DNA of 63,811 nt, the filler included, from Octopus bimaculoides (lineage: Eukaryota): NCBI RefSeq assembly GCF_001194135.2. It is 6 parts of 6 records of this genome, joined end to end, with 100 filler letters (N's around TTAATTAATTAA, not from the genome) between each part and the next. Parts side by side here need not be neighbours in the genome. Positions count along the whole stretch, not along the records: positions 42,550 to 55,805 come from NC_069000.1; positions 55,906 to 60,712 come from NC_068989.1; positions 60,813 to 63,811 come from NC_068999.1; 3 more parts are not named here. One strand, written 5' to 3'. The position numbers were made by a program, and so were the translations under genes. The notes below the pieces were generated by a model, which saw nothing but the letters and a program-made list of their open reading frames with translations, was not told where the DNA came from and did not search any database. Every line of letters begins with the position of its first letter. Within the stretch, counting starts at the first letter, position 1. Positions 53,047 to 63,811 of this stretch are shown piece by piece.

Positions 53047-54944
53047 ATCATTCCAACCGTGCCCATCATCTCGTGTTTCAAGAGGATATCTACATCCAGG
53101 ACTACGTTGGCTAATGTGGTCTTTCATAGTTGATGGGATTCGAGAGATATTTGGCTGCTGTTTATAACAGGTTAGACCAGTCGTGTAGAGCAGTGTTTAT
53201 TTACCTGTTGTCTATGTCCCACTCCTGTTAGTAACGGATTTCACCTCGATCCACTCACGATATTACATTGGTCATGGAAATCGATCTTCCTATAAAATCG
53301 AAGAAACTGTGTCTCCATTGGTTTTTCAAAATTGTTGCTATTCGCTCTCGGTTGTCCCTGATAAAATTTCACTAAAATAAAATTTTTTTCAAAGAGTAAT
53401 GATGACAGAAAATCACACGTGAGTGAGTGGGGTGGACCAAGCAGTAATCACAGCAAAATAAAGTACCTGTCAAGTACTGGTACTTTATTTGTCATATATA
53501 ATTGACTATCCCTCTTTAAAAATTTAAAATATTTTTAATGATGAATTAGCTTAGCTGTTCCAAACAATTAACTCCATTCTAGGCCCAGTCACATATTCTC
53601 CATTGACAGAATTGCACATTTGCTTTCGGTTCTAATCATTGCTGAAAACATTTGTTTACGATAACCAGGGGATGGGATCCGCAAAAGGTTTCCTGTAAAC
53701 TTTATTTTTAAGCCCACGAGTCTTTTGTTGGTTGTGAATATTTCAAACTTGCCGTATATTTACAAACTTCGCGCTCCCTACAATTTCTCTTGCGTACGTC
53801 TGCGCGTGTCGCGGTCTAAGAATCTCCCGATCTTATCGCTTCAAATAATAAGGAAACATTGGAAAACATAGTCCTCAACATCCCCTCCTCCCTACGAAAA
53901 GAAAACCCCGAGAGACCAGGCCTACCTTCGGGTTTAATCAACTAAAACAAGAGTTTTGCATGAAAGACAAGTCTCAGATTAAGAAAAAAAACCTTCATGC
54001 TATATTATCACAAACAGACATATTTTTGAGAAAAAGATTTTGGGCCATTTACCCCGTTATTTGTGTAAGACCTGAAAACTAATACATCCATTCGTAATTT
54101 AAAAAAATGTTTCTACTCTAATTTGAAATATAGTCTTTTGTACAAATCTCTTGTGGTTTCATTAAAAGAGCAGCTTGTAATATATTCCTCATATCCTCAA
54201 TAAAACAACTTCAAACAACTCATAGATACCAAATGAAAAGAAATTATAGCACCAGAATAACAGAAGATTCCCATTAATGGAGTTTTAGGATTCGTTAATT
54301 AAACACGAGAGCAGGGAGACCTTTTTTTATCATTTCAATCGTTTCCAAAGTTTTGTGAGCTGTCAGAATTGTGGGGAAAATACCACAAGGTATTTTCCCC
54401 AGCTCTCTCACTGAGTTTAAATCCCACCGAAGTCATCCCTCCGAAGTCGATAGAATAAAGTACAACTCAAGAACTAGTGCTGGTAATATCGACTAATCTA
54501 CACTCTTCAGAAATTAGAACAACTGGAACAATCGGGATTGCTCCGATTGAATTACTGGTATTTACCTTATCAACTTTAGAGTTTGACTCTGCTAGGATGT
54601 GAAGTTTGGAGTCGTATTGTGTAAAGAGACCAAATAAAATACAGTTAATTAATGAAAGGTGATTAATAAAAAAAAAAAAGGCTCAAATAAACTCCAAAAA
54701 TATAGTGAACGAAGTATTTTATCACCTGACTGACATTTTCTCATAACTTGCCAATTCCCCAGCAATTAAGAATTTGCCACAAATGACAAACAACAATAAA
54801 CTTATTCCTTTTGTGAGTTTAACGAAACAACATTGCTACAGAATTGATAACTGTAAAACACTTTGACTTAAAAACGATTGGAACTTGAAGAAGAAACAAA
54901 TGCAGCTAACTTAAAGCATCAATCGAGGAATATGTAGAGCTTAC

Positions 54945-54961
54945 CTCGTATGAAGTGCCAT
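54945..54961 (-). CDS. Candidate first coding exon ATG GCA CTT CAT ACG AG (MALHT-R), phase 2
   Basis: Strong Kozak context (atcATGG), consensus donor AG|GTAAGC, A-rich UTR-like upstream sequence and a CpG-rich neighbourhood. Phase fits the 46512 acceptor. Confidence 0.5.
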
Positions 54962-55079
54962 GATAATTGTTCCCGAAGCGATGTCAGTTTTTATTTCGTT
55001 GTAATTTATTTTCCCTTCTTATTTTTTTTCTTTTCTTTTCTTTTTTTGTCTGTTTATATTATTCTGGTCGAAGTAATTT

Positions 55080-55420
55080 CAGCAAGATATCCAAAAAGAG
55101 GGGAGGGGCAACGTTAGTCTGAATGCAACGATATTATTACCTGTTGCCGTTTGAGTCGAAACCAAAAAGGAGAGATTATTCTTTGTAAGTTGTGTGAGGG
55201 GGTAGGGTTTATTAAAGTGAGGAGGACGGCTTCACGAGTGGCCACTGAATGGACGGCAAGGTGGGGGTTTCTTTTTGTAACCAAACTGGCTTAAAGAAGG
55301 AAGGACGACGCAGATTTCACCAGTTCTGTCCTGGTGTACCGGAGTAAGTATGTTTCACAGTTGCTGAGGTGGAGGAGAGGGGGTCGAGTCAGCCTCTTAG
55401 CATTGTTTAGTCTTCCTTTT
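55080..55420. promoter_or_regulatory. GC/CpG-rich promoter-like region with splice donors on both strands
   Basis: G-rich boxes (gaggggagggg, gtgagggggtaggg, ggtggggg). Minus-strand donor CAG|GTAATA (55139-55140) and plus-strand donor GGA|GTAAGT (55344-55345). Confidence 0.4.
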
Positions 55421-55514
55421 TTATGATTGTCGTTATTTCCCCTTTTCTTTTCTTTCTTTCTTTTTTTATTTATTTTAAGACCACACTCCTGATAAACTTT
55501 AAATCTATTTATAC

Positions 55515-55550
<36 letters not shown>

Positions 55551-57600
55551 ACACACGCACAGGTGAAATGGTCTGGAACGTCGAATCTGTCACCTTTTTT
55601 TTTGTTTCCGTCATTAGACTATGGCCATGCTGCGGCACCTCCTTTGAGAATCTTTTCTTAAATGAATAAACCCAAGTACTTATTTTTTTGAAGTCACGTA
55701 ATTATTCTAATTTTTTTTCGATTTTGCCGAACCGCAAGGTTACGGGGGACTGACACACACACACACACACACATAAATACGACGGGCTTCTTTTAGTTTC
55801 CGTCTNNNNNNNNNNNNNNNNNNNNNNNNNNNNNNNNNNNNNNNNNNNNTTAATTAATTAANNNNNNNNNNNNNNNNNNNNNNNNNNNNNNNNNNNNNNN
55901 NNNNNTATATTTATATGCATGCTTATATAAGTATATATATATATCATATAAATCTATACATACATATAAATTTGACATGGGCGATTCTTTCTTGTCTTGG
56001 AATTCACGGTCAAACGGCTGGGTGGAATTGCGCGAAACATTACATGTGTAGAATGATCCGGTGGTGATGCTGGGCTTTGTATTATTTTCATAGCTCCCAT
56101 GGTTACAGAGATAATCTACTATAATAATACTCATGTGTTTATGAATGAGAAAGGAAGGGGTGATAGATGAATAAGGAAGGAAGAGGTGAGCGTTTCAACT
56201 CTATGTGAATATATGTGTATGTAAATGGGGGTATGTGAATATGTGTGTGTGCGTGTGTTTATGTGTGAGTGTGCGTGTGCGCATGCAATGTAAGTGGGAT
56301 GGTTCATCTTTGTTCGCTTTGTATTTGGGTTTATTTTTTGATTTGCTTGAATCTTGGTTGGTTTGTTTTGTTTTTTTTTTTTGTTGGTCAGTTATTTTTA
56401 GCGTTTTGACAGAAAAAAAAGGCATTCTAAAATTGTTTTTTAACGTACGCGTGCCCAAACAAGTCGAATGCTTACACAGAGCAGGTTTTACATCCAAATC
56501 ATCCAAACCGACAGGGTGAAACCGGGCTTAGCTGCTAGTATATATATATATATATATATNNNNNNNNNNNNNNNNNNNNNNNNNNNNNNNNNNNNNNNNN
56601 NNNNNNNNNNNNNNNNNNNNNNNNNNNNNNNNNNNNNNNNNNNNNNNNNNNNNNNNNNNNNNNNNNNNNNNNNNNNNNNNNNNNNNNNNNNNNNNNNNNN
56701 NNNNNNNNNNNNNNNNNNNNNNNNNNNNNNNNNNNNNNNNNNNNNNNNNNNNNNNNNNNNNNNNNNNNNTATATATATATATATATATATATCAACATAC
56801 GTATATGTAACAGCTTTACGGATAGTACCGCCTTGTAGACACACTCAACACAATGAAGAAAATCTAATAATAGTGGCCTTGTAAAATTCAAATTGCACAT
56901 ATGAAGTAGACATAACACAAACACTAATTTACACACACTTTGGAAACAAGCAAACACATATTTTTATGAAATAATTGAAATAATTTATGTAAACGTTCCG
57001 GTTGTAAGTTGAAGACTAAATTTACATGTAGTTAAAATTAAGGAACGAAATTGCATTTTCTATCTAATTAGTTTCATAATTATACATCGCCCTGCTTATA
57101 ACATTCGCATATACAGGTAGTTTTACTGATTTTTGTCGATCAATGGCGATATATTTACAACGTTATTATTCTGTTTAAATCTTTATATTCAGTAGTTTGT
57201 CTCCTATAACCGCCAGAACGAAGAACGAAAACAGAAATTCCAAGACATTTGGAAAATTAGCATCCAGGTGATTTTGAGAACATTGAAAAAGAATATGAGA
57301 GAACGCAAGTGACAGACAGACAAAGCAGAATGAACTTTTATTTTTCCTTTGTTTCACTTATTCGACTGTGACTATGCAGGGGTACCTCTTTAAAGGGTTT
57401 AGGCAAACAAATCTACTCCACTTATTTTTAAGTCTGGTACTTATACTATCGCTTTTCTTTTTCCAAACCGGTTACATGAACATGTTAACACCGTTTGCCA
57501 AGCGTTGATGACGGTCAAACAAAAACACACTCATACAGATATACACACGTATACACACACACACACACACACACACATATAACACACACACACACACACA

Positions 57601-57645
<45 letters not shown>

Positions 57646-57920
57646 GATAAGCTTCCACTCAATTTCTGTCAACCAAATTCACTCACATGGTTGCAAAGCG
57701 CGCTTCTTACTATATAGTCATGCCTAACTCTTCTTGTAATAGAGCATTATCAACTATGTCAAGCACAGAGGGTGAGAATTCTTGCCAAATCTCTATCAAA
57801 TATCACTCTGCTGTCTTGCTAGAGCAAAAATCTAGAAAATTTAATCATAGATGCACGGACGATCAAGGTCAGAATACTTTTGATCGCTGCGATGATGCAA
57901 CATAGATATAATGCATGTCT

Positions 57921-58021
57921 AGGTTTTGGCCACCCACGCCAACCAAACCTAACATATATAGGTTTTGGCCACCCACGCCACCCAAACCTAGCATGTATAA
58001 GTTTTGGCCACCCACGCCAAA
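57921..58021. repeat. 39-bp minisatellite, about 2.6 copies
   Basis: Units start at 57921, 57960 and 57999; invariant core GTTTTGGCCACCCACGCCA. Confidence 0.9.
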
Positions 58022-58339
58022 ACGTACATCTTACATTGTATCAGCGTTTGAAACCATTGAAGTCAGACACGTCAGTGGCTGACTAGGTCACTGGGTTTCA
58101 CTAAATAATGTATATTAACTGCAGTGAGATCTAATCTGATAAAAATAGTGTTTTGTTGAATTGTTTTTGCAGACCTAATGCAGAATATGAAAAGGAAAAT
58201 TCAAGTGAGAGACGACAAACGTATCAGGTGATCACAAAATGTGTGTGCGTCGGTATGTGTGTGTGTGTGAGTGTGTGTGTCTGTGTGTAACATTCTCTCT
58301 CTTACTCTCTATCTAGCTATCTATTTACCTATCTATCTG

Positions 58340-58373
<34 letters not shown>

Positions 58374-58649
58374 CATCTATCTATCTCATCATGTATGCAC
58401 ACATGTATAGTCATACCACAACTTATGTCGTTTCGAGTTACGTTCTTTTCGACGTTTTATCGATTTTAAGAAATTAAATAGAGAAATAACCTTCAATTTC
58501 AGTCGACTGACCCGACTTTATGTCGGTTCCACCGAAGATATATAAAAGCATATACTTAAAAAAAAAAATAAACAAATAGAAATAGAAGTGGAAATCAAAT
58601 AAAAACATTTACTGAAACAGATATGTGTTATTAGTTATATATAATATAA

Positions 58650-58685
<36 letters not shown>

Positions 58686-58785
58686 NNNNNNNNNNNNNNN
58701 NNNNNNNNNNNNNNNNNNNNNNNNNNNNNNNNNNNNNNNNNNNNNNNNNNNNNNNNNNNNNNNNNNNNNNNNNNNNNNNNNNNNN

Positions 58786-58820
<35 letters not shown>

Positions 58821-59917
58821 AAACATTAGATGCATACATACGCACATATATATCAACACAAACTTTGAATTATATACAAAGATCTCTACAGTTTCACGGT
58901 TTATCCTTGAGTGCGACTGCTCACTGCTAGAACGTGTTGACAAAAGTATCTTAGACTTGAAAACTCACTCACAAACACACACATGAAAGCAGTAAATAAT
59001 TAAATGAATGAATAAATAAATAAATTAATGGTCTTGAAAATCGGCGTTGCTTCAAAACGCTCATGCTTTAGTCTTTCCAACTGGTTCTCTTGTGTTCAAC
59101 ACCATCCCAAAACATATTAAGGGAACAAAATAGAAACGGTAATCGGATAAATTCATCCAAGAAATACAAAAAAAAAACCCCAAAAACAACCAACAGAAAC
59201 ATATAAGAAACACCCTCAAAAGATCCACTGACGTTTGGCATACATTTCTGTGAACAATTCCCAACTGAATTGGGCCTGAAATGATTTAAAAGACCATCAT
59301 ATGAGGTGCTATAAATTAGATATGCCCTGGGCGAATAATGGCCAAAATTCGTTATACACAAAGACACACACAAACGCGTGCACATATGCGCACTAAGGCT
59401 TGCCTGTTCATAAGAACATAAACAAATTTGAGCCACTAAGAACTCAAAGTGAATATCAATGGTTTTTTTATCGATAACAATTTAGCCCAATAACATGCAA
59501 ATTCTACTTGGCTCATGCATATTGTGTGTGTATTCACACACACTCAAACATGAAGAAAGCTTAATAAACATTTATTCAAAAATATACATAGTTAATCCGT
59601 ACATAAATATTTAATAGATTTATAGATTTTTTTAATGAATGGTTTTTACATTTTCAATGAACAGTATTGTATTTCTTCGCTGTATTTATAAGTTTAAATG
59701 AATATGAACGTATTAATCAATTACAAACGGCTCTTGTATATTGACATTTTACGGTAATTGCTCTGCCCTCTCTCTACTCGTTTCATGATCATAATTAAAA
59801 ACTTCACATACGGCAACAGTTGTTGTTAACAACTATATCGGATTGAACACCTGTACTTATTAATCACAACGCAAAATGCAAATAGCAACATGAACAACAA
59901 CACCACCATAAAGAATT

Positions 59918-60640
59918 ATAATGATTTCAAATTTTCGCACACGGTCAGTGACTTTGAGGGCGAGGATAAGTCGATTGCATCGGCCGCAGGACCTAACTTG
60001 TACTTATTCTTTGACCCCGAAAAGATGAAAGGAAAAGTTGACCTCAGCGGAATTTGAACTTAAAACGTAAAGATGGACGAAACATTTTGCCTGGCGTGCT
60101 AACAATTCTATTATAAGCACAAGGCCTGAAATGTGTGGGGAGGGGGAAAGTCGATCACGCCAATGGCAGTACTTTACTGATGCTTAATTTATCGACCCCG
60201 AAAGGTTGAAAGGTAAAGTTGACCTTGGCGGAATTTGAACTCAGAACATAGCGAGAGACAAACTACCGCTAAGCATTTCTCCCGGCGTGCTAGCGATTCT
60301 GCCAGTTTGCCGCCTTAATAAAAATAATAATCTTCTCTACTCTAAGCACGAGGCCTGAAATTTTGGAGGAGAGGGCCAGTCAATTAGACCGACCTCAATA
60401 CGCAACTGGTACTTAATTTATTGACCCCGAAAGGATGAAAGGCAAAGTCGACCTCGGCTGAATTTGAACTTAGAACGTAGCTACGGGCGAAATACCGCTA
60501 AGCTTTTCGTCCAGCGTGCTAACGATTCTGCCAGCTCACCACATTAACATTAATAATAATAATCCTTTCTACTGAAGGCACAAGGGGAGCAATTTTTGGG
60601 GACGTGACAAATCGATTACATAGATCCCACTGTGATTGCA
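59918..60640 (-). mobile_element. Head-to-tail array of three SINE family B copies plus a tail fragment
   Basis: Units at about 59918-60110, 60111-60317, 60318-60546 and 60551-60640; each of the first three has gaccccgaaag.tgaaagg.aaagt.gacct. Confidence 0.85.
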
Positions 60641-61085
60641 TTAAGCCTTGTATTAATACTTATGTTTTGTCTAGCAAGGTAGAATGCAAAGCATTGTTCA
60701 GGTCTTGTCAAANNNNNNNNNNNNNNNNNNNNNNNNNNNNNNNNNNNNNNNNNNNNTTAATTAATTAANNNNNNNNNNNNNNNNNNNNNNNNNNNNNNNN
60801 NNNNNNNNNNNNTGTGTAGATTTGCAGAGTAGTAAGTAGAATGAGCTGTTGTTAAAGCGCCAGAATAGATGTAATAAATTTACATAACACTGTGTAACCT
60901 TGTCAGAAATAAAGCAATTATAAGCAATTGAAATGAACTTAAACCGAAGATAATAACATAAATTCTCTTCCAACCTTCTACTTTATATATCGATTTTTTC
61001 ATTGCTATTATTATTTATGTATGATGCGGTGTATCTGGCATAGAGCTGTGTGTGAGTGCAAGTGAAGCTTGATTATACAAGAATA

Positions 61086-61124
<39 letters not shown>

Positions 61125-61233
61125 ACATACACACACTTATGTGCGTGTTTAAACATATATACATATATGTGTATATCTATATGAAAACTTCCTCTAATGT
61201 ATTTGCATAATTCCGTGCCTGTATATATATATA

Positions 61234-61296
<63 letters not shown>

Positions 61297-62390
61297 GTCT
61301 GCGTGTATATTCTACATAACAGCTTCAGTCTACAGTATTATAAGTGTATATAAATGTCTGCATACGTATTCTACATGAAAGCTTTAGTCTAATGTGTATA
61401 CATGAACACGCACTCGTATTTGCGGTGTATATATAAATATATTAAATATGTCTGCAGATGGATGTGTTTGTATGAAAGTTTGCTATAAATGTATACGCCT
61501 ACTCGTGTATGTATGTACGTACATTATGTATGTATGTACGTAAACGTGCATGCTTGTAGGTACGCATGTATTTATGTATGTTTTTATAAATGAGTGCATG
61601 TGTTCATGCGTATACCATTACTTGCAGCCTGATGTTGATACATTTCTATGATTTTAGGTGTATGCATACATGGAAGTTTATGTTTATAGCAATATGTGTG
61701 TAGTTATATTGACCGAGTCACGAATTCCCAGAGAGAGGATAATATACGTATCTATGTTAACAAATATCCTCTTACTTTCAAATAGATAATTACATTAATC
61801 TTTAATTGCAACCGAAAATAAAATACTCTTCGGCTAATTGCATTCTATTTTTTCCCCAATTTTATTTTGCTTTAAAACAATTGAGAAATATTGCAGATTG
61901 GACGTTTATTTGTTTCGATATCCATCATGTTCTGAATTTTATATAAGACAAGAATATCCAGCCACGTAACTAAGATACTACTGACTTTTCTTCTGTCAGT
62001 CTGTTTCAACGTAATTAACTCAAACTTCATAACGCTAAGAAAACTAATCCCTTTTCTGAACAATAGAAAACTCAAACTGTCATTTACATTATGTACGTAT
62101 GTACGTATGCATGCATATTGGCATGGATGGATTTATGTATGTGTGTTTATAAATGAGTGCATGTGTTCTTGTATATACCATTACCTGCAGACAAATGTTG
62201 ATATGGTGTCCCTCGAGAATTACTTTATATTATAGCAATTTCATTGTCTAATGTATCCTTTTCATATGTAAAATGCTTTTTAAGGGATATTTGGCTGCTA
62301 TTTACTGCTGACGAATCGACTCTATAGAAGCATTCGATTATAAAACTGAGTCTCAAGCTGTCACCTTTCATAGGGAGACGGAGAATATTG

Positions 62391-62431
<41 letters not shown>

Positions 62432-62433
<2 letters not shown>

Positions 62434-62880
62434 CCGTCCCTCAGGTCGCCCCAAGAGTGTTTCCACACGTTCTTCCCATCCATCTCGATCTTCCATAATG
62501 GTCCTCACCAACTGTACCCCATACGTACTTGTATGCCCCAGCAAGTTGTTGATACAGGTCTTCTTCCTCCTTCCTCTCCTAGTTCTTCCTTCCGTTGGTT
62601 GCCAGAGCACTGGCTTGTTAGCAATTTCATCGGAGTGTCTGATGCAGTGCCCAGCTAGTTTCATCCTTCTATGCCGTGCCGACACTTGACGCCTGCATTT
62701 TCGACCTGGGAGATCATTTCTTCCAGTTGCTTCCCTTCAATCTCTTGGTACTCCTGTTTTAGATCCTCTTTGTTCCTTTGTAAAGTTTGTTTAGTATCGT
62801 TGTTAGCAGCTTTTTTATAGTTGCTGAATGCCTCTTGTACATCACTGCGTGCTTTCTCACTCAACGCTAGGATCATCAGC
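62432..62880 (-). mobile_element. RTE/RTE-X-type LINE fragment, 3' end abutting (TA)n
   Basis: RRMKLAGHCIRH...VLWQPTEGRTRRGRRKKT...MEDRDGW is a typical RTE C-terminus. The adjacent 62661-62876 ORF resembles the endonuclease-RT linker. Confidence 0.75.
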
Positions 62881-63015
62881 TAATTATCTTCGTTCCATCC
62901 ATCCTCGTCTTTATACGTATATACAGATATATATATATATATATGCTTGTATGTGAGTGTGTGTGTGTCTTGGATTGTGTATTCATGCATGGATGCAAAC
63001 ATATATTACATACAG

Positions 63016-63061
<46 letters not shown>

Positions 63062-63255
63062 NNNNNNNNNNNNNNNNNNNNNNNNNNNNNNNNNNNNNNN
63101 NNNNNNNNNNNNNNNNNNNNNNNNNNNNNNNNNNNNNNNNNNNNNNNNNNNNNNNNNNNNNNNNNNNNNNNNNNNNNNNNNNNNNNNNNNNNNNNNNNNN
63201 NNNNNNNNNNNNNNNNNNNNNNNNNNNNNNNNNNNNNNNNNNNNNNNNNNNNNNN

Positions 63256-63321
<66 letters not shown>

Positions 63322-63776
63322 CCTTCATACATGCATATATATATATATAAATATATACACGCATACATATAGATATATACCTGTAGAAAAATATATACAC
63401 GTATACACAGGTATAGATATAGACGCTTGTGTGTATATCCGCTTGTGTGTGTATGTGTGTTGGGATGTGTATACATGCATGCTTGTATAGATATGTTAGA
63501 TGCAGCTAACTTTACAAACACAAGACGTCGTAAAAATTCTGACTTCGCCTTAGGTCTGATGTTTTTCCAGTAGAATATTGCCAAGCGATAAATGAGCCAA
63601 GGAACCGTCGATTTGGATAGGGATTAAATTAGATTTACCACATGCAAAGGCGTCGAATACGCATTATTTGGTTGCAGGCGAGAGAGAGAGAGAGAGACGA
63701 GAGAAAGACAGGGAGACGGAAAGAATAATAAAAATATATAGCAATATTTTATGAAAAGAAATATATAAACACGCAC

Positions 63777-63811
<35 letters not shown>

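Noticed and set aside
53205-53357. Exon-like block with acceptor and GTGAGT/GTAAAT donors
   Set aside because: No recognisable product; two frames are equally open to the first donor, so it cannot be assigned.
61300-62204. Local duplications (about 61518-61640 and 62090-62204, plus shorter pairs)
   Set aside because: Degenerate microsatellite-rich duplication with no coding or structural signal.

Overview
AT-rich, microsatellite- and SINE-dense animal genomic DNA. The repeat families and composition point to a cephalopod (Octopus-like) draft scaffold (inference). Five artificial linkers (44 N + TTAATTAATTAA + 44 N) split it into six segments whose true adjacency is uncertain. Two confident minus-strand exons of a laminin beta gene (33240-33796 and 22278-22395) encode most of the LN domain; neither the signal-peptide exon nor the next downstream exon could be confidently found. 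The standout observation is a separate minus-strand coding exon (45627-46512) encoding two ungapped-alignable 103-aa repeats (32/103 identical) that I do not recognise. It has a clean acceptor and a polyA signal, and a plausible first exon (MALHTR, 54945-54961) lies in a CpG-rich promoter-like region. Other notable signals are a sharply CpG-depleted laminin-bearing segment, a ~210-bp-arm intronic inverted repeat, a 127-bp near-perfect palindrome, a Penelope-associated hairpin with a degenerate hammerhead core, a furin-like RRKR motif in the LN domain, and a tandem SINE array. Remnants of mariner, RTE, Penelope, hAT-type and TTAA-type elements are also present. All alignments and counts were done by hand.
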